Source of the DNA: Vicinamibacteria bacterium
GTDB lineage: Bacteria > Acidobacteriota > Vicinamibacteria > Marinacidobacterales > Marinacidobacteraceae
Reading direction: 5' to 3'
DNA: 64,000 nucleotides
NCBI GenBank assembly: GCA_963422395.1
Contig: OY729431.1
Span: 1,536,001-1,600,000 of the forward strand
Made by a program: the position numbers and the translations under genes. Below the pieces are notes generated by a model. That model did not search any database. It was not told the DNA's origin and saw only the letters and a list, made by a program, of their open reading frames with translations. Shown in pieces: positions 10,015-19,431 of this stretch; the first letter of the stretch is position 1; every line of letters begins with the position of its first letter.

Positions 10015-10044
10015 GGTGACCTTGCAGCAGGTTGTTCCTGCAAG
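10015..10044 (+). mobile_element. Solo relic of an IS481-type end
   Basis: GGTGACCTTGCAGCAGGTTGTTCCTGCAAG matches the reverse complement of 28160-28189 at 23 of 30 positions (manual alignment). Confidence 0.5.
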
Positions 10045-10105
10045 TGACCCGCTTGCGCGCGGAGCGCCTGGCAGGGCTTGGGGACCGGTCCTCCCGCCCG
10101 CATTG

Positions 10106-10846
10106 CTAGCGGGGGAAGAGGAAGGCAGCGGCGCCGCCGATGGCGAGGAGAGCACCGAAAGGGAGCGGTGTATCGCGGCGGATCCGCCCCGCCAGCAGCA
10201 AAGGGGCTGCCGCCAGCAGGCCGAGCAGAGAGGCTGCTGCCATCGCGCCGAGAGTCTGCGCCGGGCCCAGAAAGGCCCCGATCAGCAGCAGCATCTTGAT
10301 GTCGCCCCAGCCCACCGCCTCGATTCGCCGGAGACGGAGCCAGGCTGCGCGAAGCCCGAAGAGAAGTCCCGCTCCGGAGGCCGCCCCCAGTACTGCGGAG
10401 ACGATATCCATGTCGGGACGCGGGCCGGCGAGGATGAAGCCGAGGGCCGCGCCCGGCAGCGTGAGCGCATCGGGCAGGACCAGTCGTTCCCAGTCACAAG
10501 CACCGAGCGCCAGCAACAGACTCAGGAAGCAGACCCAGGCGCCGAAGACCGCGGCTCCCTCTCCGGCCGGGGCATACACCACGATCGCGGCAGCCGCGAT
10601 CTCGACCAGCGGATAGCGACAGGAGATCGGATCCCGACAATCGCGGCAGCGGCCCGCGAGAAACACGAAGGACAACACCGGCAAGTTGTCTCTGACCCGG
10701 ATCGCCGCGCCGCAAGACGGACACCGCGATCCGGGAAGGAGCAAGGACTGCCCGGCCGGCATTCGATGGATCAGGACATTGAGAAAGCTCCCGAGGACGA
10801 GCCCCGCAGCGAGCCGCACGGCGAGGAACTCCGTGATCTCCGGCAT
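10106..10846 (-). CDS. pilD: Prepilin peptidase (A24)
   Basis: GSFLNVLIHRMP, SRCPSC, GRCRDC, YPLVE, GWGDIKML, PFGALLA. Confidence 0.9.
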   Translation of the reverse strand: MPEITEFLAVRLAAGLVLGSFLNVLIHRMPAGQSLLLPGSRCPSCGAAIRVRDNLPVLSFVFLAGRCRDCRDPISCRYPLVEIAAAAIVVYAPAGEGAAVFGAWVCFLSLLLALGACDWERLVLPDALTLPGAALGFILAGPRPDMDIVSAVLGAASGAGLLFGLRAAWLRLRRIEAVGWGDIKMLLLIGAFLGPAQTLGAMAAASLLGLLAAAPLLLAGRIRRDTPLPFGALLAIGGAAAFLFPR

Positions 10847-10871
10847 TTTTCCGATCGCTCCCCTGCCGTTT

Positions 10872-11768
10872 TCAGCGCCCAGGAATCCCCGCCAGCGGGG
10901 AGTCAGGGGCGATCCACGGCGTGCCCCCTGCTCCCAGCCGGTAGGGAGTTCCCGCCGGGTCCAGAGGTGCGCCGTCGAGAAGACCAGCCCTGGAGAGATC
11001 GGCCCAGCTCTGCGGCGGCTGCCCGATCCGGTGCTCGAACTCCCGCACCAGCAGCGCGAGCTCATCGAGGCGGTCCATGGCGTCGAGCTGCAGCAGGTGG
11101 GTCCTGGCGTTGGCCCGGGCCCGCGGATGAGGGGCGCGCCGGAGCAGCGTGCGCCAGAGCGAGCGCGCGGTCCCCCGCTCCCCCGCTTGGGTCCAGGAGC
11201 GGGCAGCGAGCGAAGCGAACCACGCGGGTGCACCTTCCCGGTTGCCCGCCGCCGCGAAGATCCGGGCAGCCCCGCCCGGATCCCGGAGGTGCCAGTGACG
11301 CACCAGCCCCCGCAGCAGCAAGGCCTCCCAGTCCCGCGGGTGCCGCGCCGTCCAGGCGTCGAGCACGGCATCGGCGGCTCCCGGCTCTCCGGCTCCGAGC
11401 GGCGAACCCTCAGCGAGCAGCAACGCCCCGTCCACAGCTGCGGCCCGGTGTTCCGGATCGAAACGCAGCGCCAGGCCGATGAGGGCGCGGAGCCCCGGGA
11501 AGTCGGGGTCTCCGGCGAGCCGGCGGGTGCCGTAGTACTGGACGGCGGCGATCCAGTTGGAGTCGGCGAGAAGTCGGCGAGCCCCGCGGGGTAAGGCGGC
11601 TACGACGCCATCGCCGAGTACTGCTCCCAGGGGTGCCGGAGCAACCTCGGCAGAGCGAGGATCGTGCTCTGCGACGCGGCTCGCAGCCACCAGACAGCAG
11701 ATCGCAAGGAGGCCTCCTGCCGTAGTCCATGCCATGGTCCATGCCGTCCGACGGCGAAAACGCGGCAT
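10872..11768 (-). CDS. Pilus-associated TPR-like accessory protein (Myxococcus PilG-like)
   Basis: N-terminal TM, LADSNWIAAVQYYG, helical repeats; lies between the ABC permease and pilD. Confidence 0.6.
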   Translation of the reverse strand: MPRFRRRTAWTMAWTTAGGLLAICCLVAASRVAEHDPRSAEVAPAPLGAVLGDGVVAALPRGARRLLADSNWIAAVQYYGTRRLAGDPDFPGLRALIGLALRFDPEHRAAAVDGALLLAEGSPLGAGEPGAADAVLDAWTARHPRDWEALLLRGLVRHWHLRDPGGAARIFAAAGNREGAPAWFASLAARSWTQAGERGTARSLWRTLLRRAPHPRARANARTHLLQLDAMDRLDELALLVREFEHRIGQPPQSWADLSRAGLLDGAPLDPAGTPYRLGAGGTPWIAPDSPLAGIPGR

Positions 11769-11775
11769 CGACGGC

Positions 11776-12561
11776 TCAGTGCGGCGCTCGCGACCGACGC
11801 GCGAGGCGCGGGAACAGGACGAGGGCCGCGGCCATCGTCCCTGCCGAATAGAGGATGGCGTAGAGAGTGGGCCGGACGAGGGCGGCGAAGTTCGGAGAGG
11901 AAACGGGTTCGAGGATGCTGAGATCGGGCAGCAGGAGTCGAGCCGCCGCGGAGAGCGGCTGCAGGTATGACAGCGGCGGCGCCGGCGGCAGGCTTCCCGA
12001 AAACCATCCCGCAGCAGCAGCCGCCGCGGCGAGAGTCGCCGCCGCTGCGGGGTGTACCAGCGCGCTGAAGAACACCGCCAGCGCCAGAACCACCAGGAGG
12101 CGGAGCAGCAAGAGCCAGCCGCTGACCACCGCCGCTTCCGCCGCCGCCCCGTACGCCGAGGCGAGCCAGACCAGCAGCGCGAGAGTGGCGAGGCCGGCAT
12201 ACGCGGCGAGCCCCGCTCCGAGCCCCAGGAAACGGCCCGCCAACAGCAAGGAAGCGGAGACCGGTCGGGCCAGTTCCACAGGACCGAGGACTCCTCCGCG
12301 GTCCGCCAGGCCGCTCCCGTACGAAAGCGCGAGCAGCCAGCCGAACAGGCCCGCCGCGGCCCAGCCGATATCCGCAGCGAGGCGCTCCCCGCTGCCCACC
12401 GATGCCGAGGACAGCACTGCCGCGAACCCGAGGGACGCCAACACGAGCGCCAGCGCGGCGATCAGGCTTCGGTCGTGGAAAAAGCCCCGGAAGGTGACCC
12501 CGGCGGTGGCGGCCAGAGGGCGGAGAGCAGGCGGTGCGCGCCGCCGGGAGCGGTCGCTCAA
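11776..12561 (-). CDS. ABC-2-type permease (PilI-like)
   Basis: Multiple TM helices, LARPVS...GRFLG motif; overlaps the ABC ATPase stop. Confidence 0.75.
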   Translation of the reverse strand: MSDRSRRRAPPALRPLAATAGVTFRGFFHDRSLIAALALVLASLGFAAVLSSASVGSGERLAADIGWAAAGLFGWLLALSYGSGLADRGGVLGPVELARPVSASLLLAGRFLGLGAGLAAYAGLATLALLVWLASAYGAAAEAAVVSGWLLLLRLLVVLALAVFFSALVHPAAAATLAAAAAAAGWFSGSLPPAPPLSYLQPLSAAARLLLPDLSILEPVSSPNFAALVRPTLYAILYSAGTMAAALVLFPRLARRSRAPH

Positions 12562-13370
12562 CGGCGATCGCGCGACGCCCGGCCGAGCGCTATGGCGAGC
12601 CAGTCCCCGGCAAGCCCGGGACCGCCGATCTCGCCCACTGTCGGGAGGGGCGGCTGCTGGCGCTCTCGTCCGGCGGCTGCTTCCCGGAATCCGGACGGCT
12701 TTCCTTCACCGGCGACGGCTCCATCCACCAGCAGGATCAGCCGGTCGGCCAGCGCCTCGACAGCCGCGGCATCGTGGAGGCTCAAGAGCACCGCCGCTCC
12801 GGACCGGGCGGCGTCGTGGATAGCGCCGATGGCCCGAATCCGCGCTACCGGGTCGAGCCCGGTGAGCGGCTCGTCCAGGATCAGGCCCGCGGGCCTGCCG
12901 AGGAGGGCCTGGGCAAGCGAGATGCGGCGGCGAACCCCTCGGGAGCAGCGCCCCGCTGGGGCGTCGAGCTGCGCCTCGATTCCGAGCGACTCGGCGGCGC
13001 GCTGCGCCTCCCGGCGGGAATCCTTCCGGGGCAGCCCCGCGAGAGCCCCCGCATAGCGAAGGAGGACACCCACCGGGAGTCCGGGCGGAAAGTGGTCCTG
13101 CTCTCCGGCGAATCCGAGCCGCCGCCGGGCTTCGGCATCGGCGGCGCGGCGGCCGTCGAGGAGGGCTTCGCCCGAATCCGGCGTGAGGAGCCCGGCCAGC
13201 AGACGCAGCGTCGTTGTCTTCCCCGAGGCGTTTTCACCGCAGAGGGCCACGACTTCGCCATCGCTCACGGCGAAGTCCAGCTTCCGCACCGCGGGCCGGC
13301 GTGCGACCGGGAGCCCGAAACGACCCGGCGCCGGATGACTGCCGGTCAGCGCCCGGGCGCGGATTTCCAA
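12558..13370 (-). CDS. ABC transporter ATP-binding protein (PilH-like)
   Basis: Walker A GENASGKTT, degenerate signature CSRGVRRR, Walker B LILDEP, SLHD; TTG start with upstream GGAG inferred. Confidence 0.8.
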   Translation of the reverse strand: MEIRARALTGSHPAPGRFGLPVARRPAVRKLDFAVSDGEVVALCGENASGKTTTLRLLAGLLTPDSGEALLDGRRAADAEARRRLGFAGEQDHFPPGLPVGVLLRYAGALAGLPRKDSRREAQRAAESLGIEAQLDAPAGRCSRGVRRRISLAQALLGRPAGLILDEPLTGLDPVARIRAIGAIHDAARSGAAVLLSLHDAAAVEALADRLILLVDGAVAGEGKPSGFREAAAGRERQQPPLPTVGEIGGPGLAGDWLAIALGRASRDRR

Positions 13371-13392
13371 ACCGGCTGCTCCGATCTCCGAT

Positions 13393-14007
13393 TCATTCGA
13401 GAAAGGCGGTTGCGGCCGGCACCGGGCAATCGATGGCCGCGCCGGAAGGGGCGTTGTAGAGCGCTCCGCCGCTCGTCGCCGAGAAGGACCGCACTCCGGT
13501 GCGCCCCACATCGGCCGGCTCCGAGTGATAGCAGTAATCGAGCAGGCTTCCCGGGTCGCAGTGATCGGGCACGGTCGTAGGGGTCCCGTTCTCGGCCAGC
13601 GTCCGGTTGTAGCCGGACTTCACATAGGGGCTCGTTCTCCCGAGATCGGCGCCCAGGAATTCCGGCGCCGCATCCGGATAGTCGGGGATGCCGATCGTGC
13701 CGCCGCAGTCGGTGCCATTGCGGCAGAGGTGGGTCAGATCGGCGAAGAATCCGCAGTTGGACGCCGCGTAGGTCTGTTCGGCGGCGATCACCGCCCGCGA
13801 GTCACCGATCGCCTGTGCCTCGTTCGCGGAGAGGCGCGCTCGGAGAAGCTGGGGGATGGCGATTCCGGCGATGACCCCGATGATCGCGATGACGATCAGC
13901 AGCTCGATCAGGGTGAAACCCGCGGATCGGTGAGTAGCCTGCCCGGCTGTTTCGGGCCGATTCGCGAAGGGGTCTCCGAGCATGAATCGGAATGGGAACT
14001 GTTTCAT
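13393..14007 (-). CDS. pilA: Type IV major pilin
   Basis: G|FTLIELLIVIAIIGVIAGIAIPQLLRARLSANE class III signal; start may be 13983. Confidence 0.85.
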   Translation of the reverse strand: MKQFPFRFMLGDPFANRPETAGQATHRSAGFTLIELLIVIAIIGVIAGIAIPQLLRARLSANEAQAIGDSRAVIAAEQTYAASNCGFFADLTHLCRNGTDCGGTIGIPDYPDAAPEFLGADLGRTSPYVKSGYNRTLAENGTPTTVPDHCDPGSLLDYCYHSEPADVGRTGVRSFSATSGGALYNAPSGAAIDCPVPAATAFLE

Positions 14008-14050
14008 AAGGATACGGCCTCCCGAGGCGTGATGGAATGAAGAGCGGAAC

Positions 14051-15163
14051 TCACGAGAGTCTTCCGACGAGGGTCCAGATCGGCAGATACATGGCGACGA
14101 CGATGCCCCCGATCACGCTGCCCAGAACCAGGATGAGCAGAGGTTCGAGGAGCGGCAGAATCGTCGCGGTGGCCCGTTTCACCTCCTCGTCGTAGAAGTC
14201 GGCCACTTTCTCGAGCGAAGTGTCGAGTTCGCCGGTTCGCTCGCCGACGCCGACCATCTGGACGACCATCGCCGGAAACAGACCACTCCGTTGCAGCGGC
14301 GCGGAAAGCGAGGAGCCCGCCTCCACCCGGGTCCCGATCTGCGAGAGCACTCGTTCGAGATACCGGTTCCCCACCGTGCGTCCGGAGATGGAGAGGCCTT
14401 CGAGTACCGGGACCCCGGCTGCCGTGAGCACCGAGAGGGTGCGGCAGAAGCGGGCCACCGCCGCGCGATGGAGGAGCTTTCCGAACAGCGGCAACGACAG
14501 CACCAGCCGATCGCAGACCACGCCCCCGGCGGCGGTTCGGCGGAGGCGTTGGACGGCGACGACCGAGCCCAGGAGCAGCAGCCCCGCGGCCAGCGCCCAG
14601 GAACCGAAGGACTGCGAAGCGTTCACGACGATGCGCGTAGCGAGAGGGAGCTCGGCATCGAGACCTCGGTAGAGGTCGCTGAACACCGGAACGACCCGCC
14701 AGAGGATCACCGAGACGACGAGCGCCCCGATGGCGCCCACCACGATCGGATAGGCGAAAGCGCTCCGAACCTGCGCCGAAATGCTGGCCGCTTTTTCCAG
14801 TTCGTCGGCGAGCCGGGTCAGGCTGCGGTCCAGCCGCCCCCCAGCTTCCCCGATGGCCGTCATCGCCACTGCGAGGCGCTGGAAGATCCGGGGATGTCGG
14901 CTCATGGCCTGAGCGAGCGAGCTGCCGGACTCCACATCGCGCGCCACTGTCTCCACGGCGCCGCGCAGACGCCGGTTGTCCTGTTGCCGGTGAAGCACCG
15001 ACAGGCTCTCCGCAAGCGGCAGGCCGGCGCCCACCATGACGGCGAGCTGTCTCATCATCACCGCGATCTGACGGCGGCCGACCGGAAGGAGCGCATCGAA
15101 CGAGACGATCGAGGCCCATCCCGCAGCATCCGATCGCCGCTTCGCGGCTCGCCAGAACTCCAC
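14051..15163 (-). CDS. pilC: Type IV pilus platform protein (T2SS F family)
   Basis: RQLAVMVGAGLPL, GEAGG, AFAYP, VGERTGELD, EPLLILVLG, MYLPIW. Confidence 0.9.
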   Translation of the reverse strand: MEFWRAAKRRSDAAGWASIVSFDALLPVGRRQIAVMMRQLAVMVGAGLPLAESLSVLHRQQDNRRLRGAVETVARDVESGSSLAQAMSRHPRIFQRLAVAMTAIGEAGGRLDRSLTRLADELEKAASISAQVRSAFAYPIVVGAIGALVVSVILWRVVPVFSDLYRGLDAELPLATRIVVNASQSFGSWALAAGLLLLGSVVAVQRLRRTAAGGVVCDRLVLSLPLFGKLLHRAAVARFCRTLSVLTAAGVPVLEGLSISGRTVGNRYLERVLSQIGTRVEAGSSLSAPLQRSGLFPAMVVQMVGVGERTGELDTSLEKVADFYDEEVKRATATILPLLEPLLILVLGSVIGGIVVAMYLPIWTLVGRLS

Positions 15164-15178
15164 CGCTCCGCCCCCCGA

Positions 15179-16348
15179 TCATCCCCGTCCGCCCGTGCCC
15201 GAACGGAGAGTGGCCTCCAGGTTCTGGGGCTCGTTCGAGGCCGCGAGCGCGTCTCCCCGGGAGATGCTCCCCTGCCGGCAGAGCGCGGCGAGCGCGGTGT
15301 TGAGTCCGACCGCGGCGCCGCCGGCGCCCGCCTCCATGATGGCGAACAGCTGATGCAGCTTGTCCTCTCGGATCAGGTTTCGAGCGGCAGGGGTCGGCGC
15401 GAGGTGTTCCACGGCAAGCACCCGGCCGCGGCCGTCGGCCCGGGGGACCAACCGCTGGCAGTAGATCGTCTCCAGGGAGGCCGCGACCCGTACCCGCGCC
15501 TGACGATGTTTCGAAGCCGGGAACATCTCCACGATTCTGGTGAGCGCATGGATCACCGATCGGGCATGGATGGAGGCCAGCGCGAGATGGCCCGTCTCAC
15601 TGACGCGCAGCGCAGCGTCTGCGGTCTCACGGTCACGCACCTCGCCGATCATCACCACATCGGGATCGGAACGGAGCACCGAGCGAAGGGCGCTGTGGAA
15701 CGAAGCGGTGTCGCTGCCGACCTGGCGCTGGGTGATGAGAGCACGCCGGTTGGGGTGGACCACTTCGACCGGGTCCTCGATCGTGACCACATGCACCGGG
15801 CGGGTGTGGTTGATGCGATCCAAGAGGGCCGCGAGAGTGGTGGACTTCCCCGAACCGACCGGCCCCGCAGTCAGGATGAGGCCCGATCCGAGCCCTGCCA
15901 GGCGGGCGGCGCCGGCTGGCAGCCCGAGGCTTTCGAACGACGGCGCCTTTCGCCGGATGATTCGATAGACGGCGCCGAGAGCACCCCGGCGGCGGAACAC
16001 GCTGGCCCGGAAACGGGCCACTCCCTCCAGGGTGAATGCGAAGTCGGCCTCCCCGCCACCCTCTAGAAGCGCCTGGTACCGCTGTGGTATTCCGGCAGCC
16101 ACCATGGCTTCCACGGCTTTGGCGGGGGGAGGCTCGCTCCCCGCCGACGACAGCTTGCCGTCCACCCGGAACCGCGGGGAGGCGCCGGGGCTCAGATGCA
16201 GATCGCTGCCCCCGAGACGCACGAGTTCCTGGAGCAGCCGTCCGAGGCCCTCTTCGGGACTGGAAGGGGCTACTGGAGCGGACGAGCTCGGCGGATCTTC
16301 CTGCGGAGGGGCAGCGGCTCCCGGGAAGGGAGTCGGATCGGTCGCCAC
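15179..16348 (-). CDS. pilT: Type IV pilus retraction ATPase
   Basis: GSDLHL, GPVGSGKST, IEDPVE, DPDVVMIGEVRD, GHL, AARNLIRE. Confidence 0.88.
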   Translation of the reverse strand: MATDPTPFPGAAAPPQEDPPSSSAPVAPSSPEEGLGRLLQELVRLGGSDLHLSPGASPRFRVDGKLSSAGSEPPPAKAVEAMVAAGIPQRYQALLEGGGEADFAFTLEGVARFRASVFRRRGALGAVYRIIRRKAPSFESLGLPAGAARLAGLGSGLILTAGPVGSGKSTTLAALLDRINHTRPVHVVTIEDPVEVVHPNRRALITQRQVGSDTASFHSALRSVLRSDPDVVMIGEVRDRETADAALRVSETGHLALASIHARSVIHALTRIVEMFPASKHRQARVRVAASLETIYCQRLVPRADGRGRVLAVEHLAPTPAARNLIREDKLHQLFAIMEAGAGGAAVGLNTALAALCRQGSISRGDALAASNEPQNLEATLRSGTGGRG

Positions 16349-16472
16349 GAAGGATAAAGACGGAATTTCCGACGCAAACCGCCCAAAGATTTTTCACTGC
16401 TCCCAATCCACCCATACTGGCGCGCCCATTGCTTTCCGCTCCCGCCCGCTCCGCAGAGCCCGGCGGCGGTTG

Positions 16473-16512
16473 CTAGCAACCTGTGGACGAAACTCCGTTC
16501 GCAGGCTGCGAG
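16473..16512. repeat. Degenerate remnant of the CTAG MITE family
   Basis: CTAG-CAACCTGTGGACGAA followed shortly by GCAGGCTGCGAG; CTAG is the centre of palindrome GGTTGCTAGCAACC. Confidence 0.4.
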
Positions 16513-16569
16513 ACGGTCTCTACCCGGAAGCCTTCGGAGCAGCGCTCCCGGATGGGGGTCAGCCTTCGC

Positions 16570-16794
16570 TCAGTCGTCCTTCTTGGACCCGCGGTCTGGA
16601 GAGTCCGCCGTATCGGAGTTGGTGATGGTTTTCACGGACTTCCGGAAGTTGCGGATGCCTTCTCCGAGACCGGCGCCGAGCTGTGGCAGCTTGGCGGCGC
16701 CGAAGATGAGGACGACGATCCCGAGGATGATCAGGAGTTCGGTGGCACCGAACGGGCCGAGCAGGAGGACCGGAACCCGAAGAAGAGCAGGCAT
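16570..16794 (-). CDS. tatA: Twin-arginine translocase TatA/TatE subunit
   Basis: GATELLIILGIVVLIFGAAKLPQLGAGLGEGIRNFRKS. Confidence 0.9.
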   Translation of the reverse strand: MPALLRVPVLLLGPFGATELLIILGIVVLIFGAAKLPQLGAGLGEGIRNFRKSVKTITNSDTADSPDRGSKKDD

Positions 16795-16804
16795 GGGGAC
16801 GATT

Positions 16805-17749
16805 CTATCCGGTTGCGACGGGCACCGCTTCACCTCGGGCTCGCTCGTACGCGAGTGCGGCGACGGCGATGTCCTCCGCGGCGATCCCCTGAGATTCGAA
16901 GAGCGCGCCGCCCCGAGGGTCCGTCGGCTTACCGGCGGCCACCACCTCGCCGAGCGTTTCGATGCCATCCCAATCGAGTTCTCCGGCGGCCGTGAGCGGA
17001 GCGAGATCCCCGCACTCGAGCCGGGCCTGTTCGCGGTCGTCCACCACGATGCGGCCGGCGCGGCGCACTGCGGCGCTGTCGAGTTCGCGGCGGGTGAGCG
17101 CGTTACCTCCCGCTGCAGCCACGAAAGCATCCGGGGCGAGCCAGGCGCCGCGCACCACCGGATCTCGCGCGCTGGTGATCGCCACCACCATCTCCTTGTC
17201 GCGGACTGCCGTTTCGGCGCTCTCTACCGGAACCACCTCCACCCCCAGGCTGGCGCTCATCGCAGTCGCGAACGACCGGCGGGTCTCGGGGTTTCGGCAG
17301 AATGCCTCCACGCGGCGAAGCGGCCGGACCACCGCGAGGGCCTCGAGTTGGGTCCGCCCCTGGACCCCGCAGCCGACGATGCCCACGGTGCCCGCCGAAC
17401 CGGCGGCGAGATGGTCCGCAGCGACTCCGGTGGCGGCGCCGGTGCGGATCTGGCCGAGCGCATCGGCCTCCATGATCGCGGCGAGCGCGCCGCTCGCCTG
17501 ATCGAAGAGCAGCAGCACGAAACAGGCGCCGTCGCGCCCGCTGAGATAGGCCTTGACTCCCAGATGACCGAAAGCGGCGCTCCCCGCGCTCATCGTGTGG
17601 AGCATCCGGCCCGGGATGCGGACCCGCTGCCGGGAACGGTTCTGTGCGCCTCCTTCACCGAGTTCGCGGAAGACTTTCTCGACCGCGGCGACCGCATCCC
17701 GCATCGGCAGCGCCGACCGCACGAGCGCCTCGGGAAAGTAGAGAGTCAT
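16805..17749 (-). CDS. Ornithine cyclodeaminase / mu-crystallin family protein
   Basis: GVKAY, GQIRTGAATGVA, GCGVQG, RRELD, FESQGIAAED. Confidence 0.88.
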   Translation of the reverse strand: MTLYFPEALVRSALPMRDAVAAVEKVFRELGEGGAQNRSRQRVRIPGRMLHTMSAGSAAFGHLGVKAYLSGRDGACFVLLLFDQASGALAAIMEADALGQIRTGAATGVAADHLAAGSAGTVGIVGCGVQGRTQLEALAVVRPLRRVEAFCRNPETRRSFATAMSASLGVEVVPVESAETAVRDKEMVVAITSARDPVVRGAWLAPDAFVAAAGGNALTRRELDSAAVRRAGRIVVDDREQARLECGDLAPLTAAGELDWDGIETLGEVVAAGKPTDPRGGALFESQGIAAEDIAVAALAYERARGEAVPVATG

Positions 17750-17793
17750 CGCCGAAACCCGGAAAGCGCCAGTTTCCTACAATTCTTCCTGAA

Positions 17794-19431
17794 ATGCATG
17801 TCCTGACCGGTGTCCAGATGCGGGAGGCCGACCGCCGAACCATCGCGGAAGCCGGCATTCCGGCGCGGGTACTCATGGAGAACGCCGGGCGTGCGGTCGC
17901 CGCTGCGGTCGCTCGGGAAGCCGCCGCAGCGCCCGGACGCCGAGTGCTGTTGTTCTGCGGCCGGGGAGGAAACGGGGGGGACGGCCTGGTGGCGCTTCGC
18001 AGCCTCGCCGCCCGCGGATTCCCGGCGACCGTAGTGCTGCTCGCCGATCCGGAGAGGCTCACGGGCGCCGCGGGCGAAAATCTGGAAACCGCGACCCGGC
18101 TCGGACTCGATGTTCTGCCGGTCCCCGATGAAGGCGCCTGGAAACAGGTGCTCGAGAGCGGCGCCCCCTTCGGCCTCGCGGAACCGGCACCGGGCGTGGT
18201 GGTGGACGCCCTCCTGGGATCGGGAGCTTCCGGACCGCTCTACGGCCTCGCCGCGCGGGTGATCACCGATCTGGATCGGTTGCCGCTTTTTAGGAAAGCG
18301 CGGCGGGTGGCGGTGGACATTCCCAGCGGGCTTTCCGCGGACAGCGGCTGCCTGCCCGAATCCTGCTTCCGCGCCGATTGCACCGTGGCCCTCGCCGCTC
18401 CGAAGATCTGCCATTTCGTGTTTCCGGCGAGCAGCGTCTGCGGACGGGTGGAAGTGGCGGAGATCGGAATCCCGCGCGCCCTGATCTCCGCTGGGGCCCG
18501 AGGGGTGAGGACGAACGACGCCCTTCGGGTAGCCGCGCTCCTGCCGGCCCGATCGCCCGGAGCGCACAAGGGCCAACTCGGGCGGTTGCTGCTCGTGGCG
18601 GGCTCGCGGCGGATGCCGGGCGCGGCGGTGCTCGCCGCCCACGGCGCCCTCGCTGCCGGCGTCGGCCTGCTCACCGTGGCCGGTCCTGCGGAGGCGCTCG
18701 GGAGCCTCCCTCCGGAAGTGATGCGGCTGCCGCTCGCCGCCGGTGCCGAGGGGGAGATCACGGTGGACAGCGCTCTTCGGATCGCCGAGTTCGTCGGCTC
18801 GTCCCGCGCCGACGCGATCGCCGTCGGACCCGGCCTCGGCGATGCCGAGGAGACGAAGGAGGCAGCGCGCCGCATCGTGCGGATCACCGAGGCGCCGCTC
18901 GTACTCGATGCCGACGGGCTAAACGCCTGGGCGGGCCAGGCCGGAGATCTCGCAGCGCGGCCGGCTCTCGCGCTGACCCCGCATGTTGGCGAGGCTGCCC
19001 GGCTCCTCGCCGCTCCGAGAGCGAAAATCGAGGGGGATCGTCTCGATTCCGCCCGCCGACTGGCTGGAATCACCGGAAACGCGGTCGCGCTCAAAGGGCC
19101 GGGGACCCTGATCGCAGCTCCCGACGGTGCCGTCTTCGTGAACCGTTCCGGCGGCCCCGAACTCGCCGCCGGAGGCTCGGGAGATGTCCTGACCGGAGTG
19201 GTCGGCGCTTTGCTGGCCCGGAAGCTTTCCCCGATCGACGCACTCTCGGCGGGTTCCTTTCTGCACGGCCTCGCAGGCGAGGCCGCGAAGGACCGTTACG
19301 GCGAAGACGCGGTGAGCGCTTCCATAGTGGCGTCCCATCTCGGAACCGCGATCCGTCAGGTGCGCGGCCAGCGCACCCGAGGCGACTGTGGGTTGGAACG
19401 AAATCGGGAACAGCGAGAGCAGGATGTGTGA
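17794..19431 (+). CDS. nnr: Bifunctional NAD(P)H-hydrate epimerase/dehydratase
   Basis: LMENAGRAVA, CGRGGNGGDG, VDALLGSG, VDIPSG, HKG, VLDADGL, TPH, GGSGDVLTG. Confidence 0.93.
   Translation: MHVLTGVQMREADRRTIAEAGIPARVLMENAGRAVAAAVAREAAAAPGRRVLLFCGRGGNGGDGLVALRSLAARGFPATVVLLADPERLTGAAGENLETATRLGLDVLPVPDEGAWKQVLESGAPFGLAEPAPGVVVDALLGSGASGPLYGLAARVITDLDRLPLFRKARRVAVDIPSGLSADSGCLPESCFRADCTVALAAPKICHFVFPASSVCGRVEVAEIGIPRALISAGARGVRTNDALRVAALLPARSPGAHKGQLGRLLLVAGSRRMPGAAVLAAHGALAAGVGLLTVAGPAEALGSLPPEVMRLPLAAGAEGEITVDSALRIAEFVGSSRADAIAVGPGLGDAEETKEAARRIVRITEAPLVLDADGLNAWAGQAGDLAARPALALTPHVGEAARLLAAPRAKIEGDRLDSARRLAGITGNAVALKGPGTLIAAPDGAVFVNRSGGPELAAGGSGDVLTGVVGALLARKLSPIDALSAGSFLHGLAGEAAKDRYGEDAVSASIVASHLGTAIRQVRGQRTRGDCGLERNREQREQDV

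Noticed and set aside
9933-10105. SAM or SAH riboswitch upstream of the homocysteine methyltransferase
   Set aside because: Core consensus elements not found, and a -10 box only 10 nt before the ATG leaves no room for a leader
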